From NCBI GenBank assembly GCA_040377305.1, contig JBEIPA010000003.1, positions 160,001-224,000 of the forward strand: a stretch of 64,000 nucleotides of DNA. Reading direction: 5' to 3'. This DNA is from Flavobacteriales bacterium. Its GTDB lineage: Bacteria > Bacteroidota > Bacteroidia > Palsa-965. Positions 18,571-27,064 of this stretch are shown here, piece after piece. The notes beneath the pieces were generated by a model. It searched no databases. It saw only the letters and a program-made list of their open reading frames with translations, and was not told where the DNA came from. Position 1 is the stretch's first letter. Each line of letters starts with the position of its first letter. The translations under genes and the position numbers were made by a program.

Positions 18571-18621
18571 TGTCAGACCGAGCCGACACCACAATCTTAT
18601 TTGCCTAAAGTTTAGTCGAAG
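18571..18621. repeat. TGTCAGACnGAGC...AGTCGAAG-type repeat with 27-nt insert
   Basis: TGTCAGACCGAGCCGA-N27-AGTCGAAG; relatives at 32785-32824, 44117-44160 and 45135-45153. Confidence 0.55.
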
Positions 18622-18631
18622 CGATGGATGA

Positions 18632-19828
18632 TTAAGAAAGTTTCGCCAAAGCCGATTTCATTCTCTTCACTGCTTCAATCAGCTTTTCATCTGCAGCAGC
18701 ATAAGATATACGGATGTAATTATCTTCTCCGAATGCAGCACCGGGTACAATAGCAACGTGTGCTTCATCCAGAAGAAACATACTCAGGTCAGTTGCGTTT
18801 TTGATCGTGTGATTGCCGTATTTTTTTCCGAAGAATGCACTCACTTCCGGATAAACGTAGAATGCACCATCAGGTACATTTGTTTTCATTCCGGGAATTT
18901 CATTCAGGCCGGCAAGAACTAAATCGCGGCGACGTTTGAACGCATCGCGCATTTCGTATGTTGCAGACGCAGGTAATTTCATTGCAGCGTGCATTGCCTT
19001 CTGCGTGATTGAAGAAGTGGCAGAAGTAAATTGACCCTGCATTTTATCACACGCTTTTGCAAGCCACAAGGGAGCAGCGAGAATTCCACCGCGCCAGCCT
19101 GTCATTGCAAAACCTTTTGATACGCCGTTTATTGTGATGACGCGATCGTAAATGAAATCGAACTGAGCCATGCTCTCGTGTCCACCAATAAAGTTGATGT
19201 GCTCGTAGATTTCATCGCTCATGATGTAAACGCCTTCGTGTTTCGCAACAACTTCTGCAATTGACTTCAGCTCTTCACGTGAGTAAACAGATCCCGTAGG
19301 ATTGCACGGCGTGCTGAACATAATCAAACGCGTTTTCGGAGTAATTGCAGCTTCAATTTGCGCGGCAGTTACCTTGAAATTGTTTTCGATCCCGGCATCA
19401 ATCACAACCGATTTTCCTTCGGCGAGTTTGATGATCTCGATATAGCTAACCCAGAATGGAGAAGGAACAATTACTTCATCACCAGGATTCACTAAACTCA
19501 GTACCACATTCGCAATCGACTGTTTTGCTCCTGTAGAAACAACAATCTGATCGGGCGTGTATGTGAGATTATTATCGCGTTTGAATTTCTCAGCAATTGC
19601 CTGACGCAGCTCGAGATATCCTGAAACGTGTGTGTAGTAGCTGAAGTCAGAATCAATTGCACTGTGCGCAGCTTCTTTGATTACATCCGGCGTATGAAAA
19701 TCCGGTTCGCCAAGACTGAGGCTGATGATATCAATTCCTTGTGCAATCAATTCGCGGCTCTTACGGGCCATTGCAATTGTCTGCGATTCACTCAACCGGT
19801 TAATGCGGTCAGAAAGATGTTGCTTCAT
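18632..19828 (-). CDS. PLP-dependent aminotransferase class I/II (aspartate aminotransferase-like)
   Basis: LSLGEPDF, PCNPTG, SDEIYE, GVSKGFAMTGWR. Confidence 0.93.
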   Translation of the reverse strand: MKQHLSDRINRLSESQTIAMARKSRELIAQGIDIISLSLGEPDFHTPDVIKEAAHSAIDSDFSYYTHVSGYLELRQAIAEKFKRDNNLTYTPDQIVVSTGAKQSIANVVLSLVNPGDEVIVPSPFWVSYIEIIKLAEGKSVVIDAGIENNFKVTAAQIEAAITPKTRLIMFSTPCNPTGSVYSREELKSIAEVVAKHEGVYIMSDEIYEHINFIGGHESMAQFDFIYDRVITINGVSKGFAMTGWRGGILAAPLWLAKACDKMQGQFTSATSSITQKAMHAAMKLPASATYEMRDAFKRRRDLVLAGLNEIPGMKTNVPDGAFYVYPEVSAFFGKKYGNHTIKNATDLSMFLLDEAHVAIVPGAAFGEDNYIRISYAAADEKLIEAVKRMKSALAKLS

Positions 19829-19858
19829 AAGGAAATTCGAGTGCCGAAGATCGGCATT

Positions 19859-19939
19859 AATTCCGGAATTCCGTATTCCGGAATTCCGAAAACGATCAAG
19901 ACAATGGACCCGAATTGCGGAATCCGGAATCTCGAAATT
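19859..19939. repeat. Inverted pair of 7-mer tandem repeats (ATTCCGG type)
   Basis: AATTCCGGAATTCCGTATTCCGGAATTCCG ... CGAATTGCGGAATCCGGAATCTCGAAATT. Confidence 0.8.
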
Positions 19940-20438
19940 ATTCCAGAGGCTGCATTCCCATAGCTGCCCATTCTTCGCTCGCCGGACCGTACACTCCGAT
20001 CACAGGCATTCCCAGCATGCGCATGACAACGATTAATTCACCGCGATGATGCGACTGATGTTTGATGAGCACATTCAATGTTGTTCCACGGCGCCATTCT
20101 TCACCGTACATATTGTCTTTCTTCTCAAGGTCGGCGTCGGTCCAGTTCTTCTTCAACTGATCAACGAGTGAATCCGAAAAGCGTTTGTATGCATCGATGA
20201 GTTCTTGTTTCGTCCAGTACATGTCGTCTTCCGCGCTAAAACCTTCGACATGAATTCCGGTGTGCTCCATCATTTCACCAACGGTATGTGTGATGTGAAA
20301 AGCCAGTCGTGATAACGCACGTACACGCGGATGAATTTGTTCGTGAAACTTTTTTTCGTCAATGAGCGCGAATATCTTGAGAGTAGATTCGCTTTCGTAT
20401 GCCCATTCTTTGTAGAAATCTTCGAGTTGTCTGATCAT
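19938..20438 (-). CDS. DinB/DUF664-family metalloprotein
   Basis: LAFHI, HQSHHRGEL, GVYGP; start moved to MIRQLE because TACCTTCG (-7-like) lies just upstream. Confidence 0.88.
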   Translation of the reverse strand: MIRQLEDFYKEWAYESESTLKIFALIDEKKFHEQIHPRVRALSRLAFHITHTVGEMMEHTGIHVEGFSAEDDMYWTKQELIDAYKRFSDSLVDQLKKNWTDADLEKKDNMYGEEWRRGTTLNVLIKHQSHHRGELIVVMRMLGMPVIGVYGPASEEWAAMGMQPLE

Positions 20439-20467
20439 GCAGCGAAGGTAACCACGACTTTTCTTTT

Positions 20468-20586
20468 TTGCTGCTAAGCCGCCTACACACCAGGTTATTA
20501 TTTGGTTAATGCAAACCAATGTCGCACGTTTGTCTGGACCTCAATGAGCATTAAATTTTCTTGGCGTTTTAGCGTCTTGGCGGTAA
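20468..20586. repeat. Degenerate inverted pair of 8-mer repeats (CGCCAAGA type)
   Basis: Right arm CTTGGCGTTTTAGCGTCTTGGCGGTAA; left arm decayed (about 18/27 match). Confidence 0.55.
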
Positions 20587-20588
20587 GA

Positions 20589-21221
20589 TTACGAGCCGCG
20601 GTAAGTAGTAACCCACGCCGGATCCTGCATGTCTTTCAGCAAACGAAATGCGTCTGCTCCCCAAACTGCATCGACCATTGGATCGGTCATGCCGTACGTT
20701 TTGAGGATTTCAAGTTGACCTTCGGAAGGTTGCAGTGGTTTGCGTGCCCAGCCCGGACCAGGTCCGAATGGAGTAAGCGTATTCGGATTTGAATTTCGTG
20801 GCGATGCAATGTAGTACGGCCACTCTGCCCAGCGTAAACGCCAGATGTCGTTAACCGTATTGCAACGCATTCCCGATTCGTAAAAACGCATGTTGATCAC
20901 GGTATCGTTGAAATAGCCGCAGTCAATCAATCCGTGCGTCGCGAAAAGATTTTCTCCTTTCGGGTTCGCATTGTGTTTGATCATTCCGCTGGCGATTGCC
21001 GTGAACTCGCGTTGCGTAATGTTTACAGCTTCGAGCGGCAATTTCGGATCGTCCCACTTTTTGATGATGTGAAAAGAAACGGCAGTGCTGTTCGCACCAG
21101 GCATCAATGAGAAACCGAGATACTCTTTGTACGCCAATTCAACTTCAGTCGACTGCTGCAGGAAACCAAATCCGGCAACGGCCAATAGAGCGCAAGTGAG
21201 CAAGGCACGAAGTTTTCCCAT
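20589..21221 (-). CDS. Exported hypothetical protein
   Basis: 210 aa with a signal peptide; TAAATTTG -7 element just upstream. Confidence 0.75.
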   Translation of the reverse strand: MGKLRALLTCALLAVAGFGFLQQSTEVELAYKEYLGFSLMPGANSTAVSFHIIKKWDDPKLPLEAVNITQREFTAIASGMIKHNANPKGENLFATHGLIDCGYFNDTVINMRFYESGMRCNTVNDIWRLRWAEWPYYIASPRNSNPNTLTPFGPGPGWARKPLQPSEGQLEILKTYGMTDPMVDAVWGADAFRLLKDMQDPAWVTTYRGS

Positions 21222-21480
21222 GCGAGTACCAAATTTACGACGTTCTGGGTCAATTGGTTACGTTCATTAGGAGCTTTACGCCAATTCATGCAAAATTCAG
21301 CTTCACGCTAGGGTAAATAGTAGAGAGAAAAGAGGCGTGAGTGCGCATGGTTCATGAACCTAAAATGCACATCACAGGTAGATTCGTGTAAATCCGCTCG
21401 AATTGGCACCCCAATCTACAGCCTCTTTTCTCTTTACTATTTACTATTTCCTTATTTTTACAGGAATTCACGCAAACTCT

Positions 21481-22008
21481 ATGAATTTCGAAGCAATTAT
21501 TGACCTTCTCAAGATTGTAATTCCTTGTGTAATCGTATTCCTCGGGTGCTTCCTCACGGTGCGCCATTTTCTGGATACTGAAGCACGTAAACGTCTGGCC
21601 GAAATCCGTCTGGCAAACCAGGGAGTTGTGACTCCGATGCGTTTGCAGGCGTATGAGCGTCTCGCCATTTTCCTCGAGCGCATTCACCCGCACTTGATTG
21701 TTACTCGTGTACACAAAAGCGGAATGAGCGCGCGTTTGTTGCAGTCCGAACTCACGAAAGTTATTCGTACTGAATTCGAACACAACCTGTCGCAACAGAT
21801 TTACATGTCGAATCACGCATGGGAAATGGTGAAGACAGCGAAAGAAGAAATTACCAAGTTGGTGAACGTTGCAGCTTCGAAACTTCCTGACACAGCAACA
21901 GGTGTTGAACTTTCTCAAATGATTCTCCAGATTTCTCAGCAGATTGAGAAGATGCCGACACAGGTGGCGTTGGAGTATATTAAGAAAGAGGTTGGACAGG
22001 TATTCTAG
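21481..22008 (+). CDS. Membrane-anchored hypothetical protein
   Basis: N-terminal TM; motifs RLQAYERL..FLERI and EFEHNLSQQIYMS typical of a conserved Bacteroidota family. Confidence 0.8.
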   Translation: MNFEAIIDLLKIVIPCVIVFLGCFLTVRHFLDTEARKRLAEIRLANQGVVTPMRLQAYERLAIFLERIHPHLIVTRVHKSGMSARLLQSELTKVIRTEFEHNLSQQIYMSNHAWEMVKTAKEEITKLVNVAASKLPDTATGVELSQMILQISQQIEKMPTQVALEYIKKEVGQVF

Positions 22009-22022
22009 AACATCGCGCATTG

Positions 22023-22049
22023 ATGTGCCGATATGCCGAAGTGCCGATT
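22023..22049. repeat. Single arm of the GCCGATAT 8-mer family
   Basis: GATGTGCCGATATGCCGAAGTGCCGAT, same start as the 10516 arm. Confidence 0.7.
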
Positions 22050-22077
22050 GAGTATGTCGCGTGATTGAATAACAGCG

Positions 22078-23646
22078 ATGAAAAAATCCGAAACAGAACA
22101 AACTAAGAAATTCGAAACCGATTCCGGAATCGAAATCAATCGCGTTTATCCGAAACAAGATAGAGCAGAAGAGCAACCGGGTGAATTTCCGTTCACGCGT
22201 GGTGTGCAACCCGATATGTATCGCGGGAAACTGTGGACGATGCGACAGTATGCAGGATTTTCTACTGCAGAAGAATCGAACAAGCGTTATCACTACTTGC
22301 TGAAGAACGGAACGACTGGATTGTCGGTTGCGTTTGACTTGCCGACACAAATTGGTTACGATTCATCGCACGAATTTTCAGAAGGTGAAGTAGGGAAGAG
22401 TGGTGTTGCGATTGATTCACTGAAGGACATTGAAATTCTTTTCGACGGAATCAAGTTGGAAGAAGTGACTACTTCGATGACGATTAATTCGACGGCTTCG
22501 ATTCTGCTTTCGATGTACATCGCACTTGCGAAGAAGCAAGGCGCCGATCTCAAAAAGATTTCAGGAACGATTCAGAACGATATTCTCAAGGAATATGCGG
22601 CACGCGGAACGTATATCTATCCGCCGAAAGCTTCCATGCGAATCATCACCGATATTTTTGAGTACTGTGCGAAAGACGTTCCGAAATGGAATACCATTTC
22701 AATTTCAGGATATCACATTCGTGAAGCAGGTTCGACCGCCGTGCAGGAATTAGCGTTCACACTCGCAAACGGAAAAGCGTACTTACAGGCTGCTATTGCA
22801 AAAGGACTCGACATAGATGTATTTGCAAAGCGTTTGTCGTTCTTCTTCAACGCACACAATAATTTCTTCGAAGAAGTTGCGAAGTTCCGTGCTGCGCGAA
22901 GAATGTGGGCGAAGATCACGAAAGACCTTGGTGCGAAAGATCCGCGTTCAATGATGTTACGTTTCCACACGCAAACCGGAGGATCTACATTAACCGCGCA
23001 GCAACCACAGAACAATATTATCCGCGTAACGCTTCAGGCTTTGTCTGCGGTGATGGGCGGAACTCAATCGCTTCACACAAATGGTTTCGACGAAGCTCTT
23101 GCTCTTCCAACTGAGGAAGCTGCACGAATCGCATTGCGTACACAGCAAGTAATCGCTTATGAAAGCGGTGTTCCTGAAACAGTTGATCCGCTTGCCGGTT
23201 CGTATATGGTTGAGGCGCTTACGGATGAAGTAGAAGCGAAAGCCTGGGAATACATCAACAAGATCGACGCAATGGGCGGTTCAGTTGCTGCTATCGAAGC
23301 CGGATTTATGCAGGATGAAATTGCTGCATCGTCGTACAAGTATCAGGCAGACATTCAGAACGCAAGCAAGATCATTGTTGGTGTGAACAAATTCACTGCC
23401 GAAGAGAAACCGATGGGCAATCTGCTCACGATTGATGACAGCATTCGCCAGACTCAGATTGACAAGATCAACGCGGTGAAAGCTACACGCAATAACGACG
23501 AGGTGAAAGCAAATCTTCTTGCAATTGAACGTGCCGCACGTGGAGACGACAATCTCATGCCACATATTCTGAAAGCGGTTGAGTCGTATGCGACACTAGG
23601 CGAGATTGCGGATGAGATGCGTGGTGTGTTTGGTGAGTTCCGGTAA
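22078..23646 (+). CDS. Methylmalonyl-CoA mutase, substrate-binding (N-terminal barrel) subunit
   Basis: [47 protein letters not shown]; no DxHxxG B12-binding domain. Confidence 0.93.
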   Translation: MKKSETEQTKKFETDSGIEINRVYPKQDRAEEQPGEFPFTRGVQPDMYRGKLWTMRQYAGFSTAEESNKRYHYLLKNGTTGLSVAFDLPTQIGYDSSHEFSEGEVGKSGVAIDSLKDIEILFDGIKLEEVTTSMTINSTASILLSMYIALAKKQGADLKKISGTIQNDILKEYAARGTYIYPPKASMRIITDIFEYCAKDVPKWNTISISGYHIREAGSTAVQELAFTLANGKAYLQAAIAKGLDIDVFAKRLSFFFNAHNNFFEEVAKFRAARRMWAKITKDLGAKDPRSMMLRFHTQTGGSTLTAQQPQNNIIRVTLQALSAVMGGTQSLHTNGFDEALALPTEEAARIALRTQQVIAYESGVPETVDPLAGSYMVEALTDEVEAKAWEYINKIDAMGGSVAAIEAGFMQDEIAASSYKYQADIQNASKIIVGVNKFTAEEKPMGNLLTIDDSIRQTQIDKINAVKATRNNDEVKANLLAIERAARGDDNLMPHILKAVESYATLGEIADEMRGVFGEFR

Positions 23647-23652
23647 GTGCTT

Positions 23653-23743
23653 GTAGAACTTTTCCAAAGTTGACTGGAGTGTTGAATTGAATTCCGGTGT
23701 TCCTACGTCTTGATGCGAATCCCGCGCTAACTTTGGAAAAGTT
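23653..23743. repeat. GTAG-type REP doublet (REPIN-like)
   Basis: GTAG-AACTTTTCCAAAGTT (23657-23671) and its perfect inverse AACTTTGGAAAAGTT (23729-23743); each arm is itself a hairpin. Confidence 0.75.
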
Positions 23744-23749
23744 ACGCAG

Positions 23750-24061
23750 TTACTTGTTGACAGTAGAATCCGGCACGAGCACAAAAATATCTTCATTATC
23801 GCGGTGCATGAGGTAATGTTCACGCGCGAATTTCTCGAGAAGCTCCGGATTGTTCTGAAGCTCTTTCATCTCCGTTTTGTTGTGTTCGATTTCGGCTTTG
23901 AAATATTCAACGTCGGCTTCCAGTTTTTTTACTTCAGCACGACGGGCCCACTGCGAGAAAATGTCGTTTTTATCGAAGAATAGGAGCCATATGCCCAGCA
24001 CAATAACTACCATGAGGTATTTGTTGCGTATGATTTTACCGAATCGCCCGAGCTTCTTCAC
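23750..24061 (-). CDS. ftsB: Septum formation initiator (FtsB/DivIC family)
   Basis: Single TM, FFDKND, coiled coil, LEKFARE.Y.M....EDIF; TACCTTTG -7 element at 24066-24073. Confidence 0.85.
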   Translation of the reverse strand: MKKLGRFGKIIRNKYLMVVIVLGIWLLFFDKNDIFSQWARRAEVKKLEADVEYFKAEIEHNKTEMKELQNNPELLEKFAREHYLMHRDNEDIFVLVPDSTVNK

Positions 24062-24134
24062 GGTGCAAAGGTAGGTGTGGCAAGTCTCTGAAAACTGAGG
24101 TGTTTAGAACTTCGGTCAAATGTTAATATCGGGT

Positions 24135-24267
24135 CATTTGATGATTTGAAAATTTGAAGATAATGTGGGTTTACCGACACCAGTCAATAGATAGGTTGTA
24201 TGGAACTTGTAGTTTTATAGCAAATAACTATACAGTTCGAATCTTCAAATTTTCAAATCTTCGAATT
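24135..24267. repeat. Inverted pair of GATTTGAA 8-mer repeats enclosing the oxyR upstream region
   Basis: ATTTGATGATTTGAAAATTTGAAGAT ... TTCGAATCTTCAAATTTTCAAATCTTCGAATT directly before the oxyR ATG. Confidence 0.85.
24187..24231. promoter_or_regulatory. OxyR/LysR-type operator half-sites
   Basis: ATAG-N7-CTAT at 24217-24231 (perfect) and ATAG-N7-GTAT at 24187-24201. Confidence 0.6.
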
Positions 24268-25209
24268 ATGACCCTCCAGCAACTCGAATACGCCCTTGCA
24301 ATCGGCCGCACCGGAAGTTTTGTTCAAGCCGCCGACGAATGTTTTGTGACACAACCTACACTTTCCATGCAGGTGAAGAAACTCGAAGACGAAGCGGGCA
24401 TTACGATTTTCGATAGAAGCCGTCAGCCGGTAACTGTAACTGATGCCGGAAGAATTTTTCTCGATCAGGCGCGGGTAGTTGTGCGTGAGAAGAATCGTTT
24501 AATGGAAGTGCTCGCCTCTGCGAAAGGAGAAGTGACCGGAAATTTTCGTCTCGGTATTATTCCAACGCTTGCTCCATATCTCGTGCCATTGTTTCTTCCA
24601 AAATTCGTGGAGATGTACCCGAATGTACATCTGGAGGTAGAAGAGATGACAACTGCAATGATTACTGAACAACTGAAGAAAGAAAATCTGGATGCAGGAA
24701 TTCTTGCAACGCCGCTTGAAGAAACGCAGTTGCACGAGCAGTTTCTTTTTAACGAACCTTATGTTGCTTATCTCTCTAAGAAGCATTCACTTTGGAATAA
24801 GAAACAATTGAAACCCGATGACATTGAAGCGGATGATTTGTGGCTCTTGTCTGACGGACATTGCATGAAGAACCAGGTGTTGCAATTGTGTAATCGCAAA
24901 AAGGCGCAAACGATTGGGGCATCGTTTGAATTCAGAAGCGGAAGTATTGAAACTTTACGTCGCATGGTAGAAACAGGAAAAGGAATGACGATTCTTCCAT
25001 GGCTTGCGGTTCCGGCATTGTCGCCGAAGCAGCAAGAGGCCATTCGCTATTTCCGTACACCGGAGCCAGTTCGTGAAATCAGCATCGTCACACATCGGGC
25101 GCAATTGAAAAAAGCAATCGTTGATGCACTATCTCAGGTCGTGAGCGATACAATTCCGAAGCATTTGAAACGTTCTGTTAAACAAGAGGTTCTTTCCATC
25201 TCACAATGA
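24268..25209 (+). CDS. oxyR: Hydrogen peroxide-sensing LysR regulator
   Basis: LysR HTH (QPTLSMQVKKLE), GIIPTLAPYL, redox pair GHCMKNQVLQLC. Confidence 0.92.
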   Translation: MTLQQLEYALAIGRTGSFVQAADECFVTQPTLSMQVKKLEDEAGITIFDRSRQPVTVTDAGRIFLDQARVVVREKNRLMEVLASAKGEVTGNFRLGIIPTLAPYLVPLFLPKFVEMYPNVHLEVEEMTTAMITEQLKKENLDAGILATPLEETQLHEQFLFNEPYVAYLSKKHSLWNKKQLKPDDIEADDLWLLSDGHCMKNQVLQLCNRKKAQTIGASFEFRSGSIETLRRMVETGKGMTILPWLAVPALSPKQQEAIRYFRTPEPVREISIVTHRAQLKKAIVDALSQVVSDTIPKHLKRSVKQEVLSISQ

Positions 25210-26042
25210 AAAAACTTTTACTTATTCTGCCGGCAATTGTCATTGTGATCTTCCTGTTCACGAATGGAAGTTCTTCCAATGATGCTGAAGCAGCGAAACC
25301 GGAGTACGCTACTGCATACACGATCACCAACGGCAATGTACCTACAGCCAAAGCAGGAACATTCCGTGCCGAACAAATGGCAAAAGCGCGCGTCAAAGTG
25401 GCCTACGAAGAAAAGTGGGACAGCATCACGGCAAAGTTGAAACGGATGGACATAGCAATTGATCAACTTGAAGTTTTTATCCGTGGTTTCAAAGAGGAAA
25501 AGGAATTGGAATGCTGGGTGAAAGAGAAGAAAGACAGTACGTGGAAGCTGTATACCACATATCCGATCTGCGAGTCGTCGGGTGTTCTTGGACCGAAGCG
25601 TTGCCAGGGTGATTATCAGGTTCCGGAAGGGTTTTACCACGTGAATGTTTTTAATCCCTACAGCAACTTCTATTTATCGTTGGGCGTGAGTTACCCGAAT
25701 GCTTCGGACAAAGTGTTTGCATGTACGCGTGATGCGGGTGGTGCGATCATGATTCATGGCAACTGTGTAACCATTGGTTGCATTCCGATAACGGATGTGA
25801 TGATCAAAGAACTTTACGTTTTATGTGTTGAAGCAAAGAACTCGGGACAAAGTACAATTCCAATTCACCTTTTTCCTGCGCGACTCACGGCAAAAAATCT
25901 TGCAACCATCAAGGAAGATCAACAGGATGCAACGATTGATACGTTCTGGGACAATCTGCTCACGGGCTACGATTACTTCGAACGCTACAGGAAATTGCCT
26001 AAGGTCACCGTGGATTCGAAAGGGAAATACGTTTTCAACTAG
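25206..26042 (+). CDS. YkuD-domain L,D-transpeptidase/amidase family protein (YafK/DpaA-like)
   Basis: GPKRCQGDYQVPEGFY, LGVSYPN, IMIHGNCVTIGC; ATGA overlap with oxyR. Confidence 0.85.
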   Translation: MKKLLLILPAIVIVIFLFTNGSSSNDAEAAKPEYATAYTITNGNVPTAKAGTFRAEQMAKARVKVAYEEKWDSITAKLKRMDIAIDQLEVFIRGFKEEKELECWVKEKKDSTWKLYTTYPICESSGVLGPKRCQGDYQVPEGFYHVNVFNPYSNFYLSLGVSYPNASDKVFACTRDAGGAIMIHGNCVTIGCIPITDVMIKELYVLCVEAKNSGQSTIPIHLFPARLTAKNLATIKEDQQDATIDTFWDNLLTGYDYFERYRKLPKVTVDSKGKYVFN

Positions 26043-27007
26043 TAATACGTGTAAACAAAGTCCACGTAACGCACTTTTCCCGTGCGCACTTCTTTCTCTT
26101 TTTGTGAAATCACCATGTCGTTTTCATTGTATGAGACATGAACGGTTTTGAATAAACCATGACCATCGTAGTGTTCGCGCACTTCATCGTATTTGTCATA
26201 CCCAATGCTTGTTTGGTAGCGCAATGAGCCGTCGCCATTAGTCGTGATGCTTAACGTGTCGCGACCTTTATCATCGCGAAATCGCACGCAGGTGTAGTTC
26301 ATTGTTCCATCTGCATTATACGTAATCGTACTGTCGAACTTATTGTCATAAGACGTATACACCGTACAGCTTGCGCGGTATGGCTGGTTGTCTTCCTGGT
26401 AATGTTTGTGAATGATGAAAACAGAATCATAGATCGCGATGAAGCCATAAGCCATGTGAAGCTTTTGTGATTCTCCGTTCTGCCTGATAGACCTTTCATC
26501 TCTGGCAATTATTCTTCGTTGATCGTCGTATTTATAGGCATACGTATGGATGAGCGTGTCGGGGTCTGCTGATGTACCGGTGTATATTGTTTGGTGTGGT
26601 AAATCACTTTCCAGATGCACAACGCGATTTACAACTTCTCCACTTTTGAATGTCACTTCGGTTGTTGTATCGTAATCCGGTCCGACTGAAACACGATAAA
26701 CCGTTGAATCATACAATTCATTTTTCTCTTTCGCGATTCGCGTGAAGTGAGAATCATTATAGAAAACAAACGTATCAGTTACCACGTTTTTTTTCCGGTT
26801 GTTGTAATTCACCGTTTGTTGCAATACATGGTAACCTGCTGAATCGTACACATTGTATCGTACGAGTCTTCGCTTTCCATCCACCTGTTCATACTCGCTC
26901 ACACTTTTGACATGGTATGCTAGCATGGTTTCATTGTGTGTATAAGGTTGAGCGAATGCAGCCGAAGTAGCGCTGATCGTCATGGCGAAAAGAAGGATGG
27001 TTCTCAT
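26039..27007 (-). CDS. Secreted hypothetical protein with YD/RHS-like beta-hairpins
   Basis: Signal peptide; YDSAG, YKYDDQRR and YNENDM-type units. Confidence 0.7.
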   Translation of the reverse strand: MRTILLFAMTISATSAAFAQPYTHNETMLAYHVKSVSEYEQVDGKRRLVRYNVYDSAGYHVLQQTVNYNNRKKNVVTDTFVFYNDSHFTRIAKEKNELYDSTVYRVSVGPDYDTTTEVTFKSGEVVNRVVHLESDLPHQTIYTGTSADPDTLIHTYAYKYDDQRRIIARDERSIRQNGESQKLHMAYGFIAIYDSVFIIHKHYQEDNQPYRASCTVYTSYDNKFDSTITYNADGTMNYTCVRFRDDKGRDTLSITTNGDGSLRYQTSIGYDKYDEVREHYDGHGLFKTVHVSYNENDMVISQKEKEVRTGKVRYVDFVYTYY

Positions 27008-27064
27008 ACACTTGAAACGTACGGCGGTGAAATATCTTGCTACGTATTTCGTGTGATACCGATT

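Noticed and set aside
21352-22350. 332-aa minus-strand ORF
   Set aside because: Antisense shadow of two well-supported plus-strand genes, with atypical composition.
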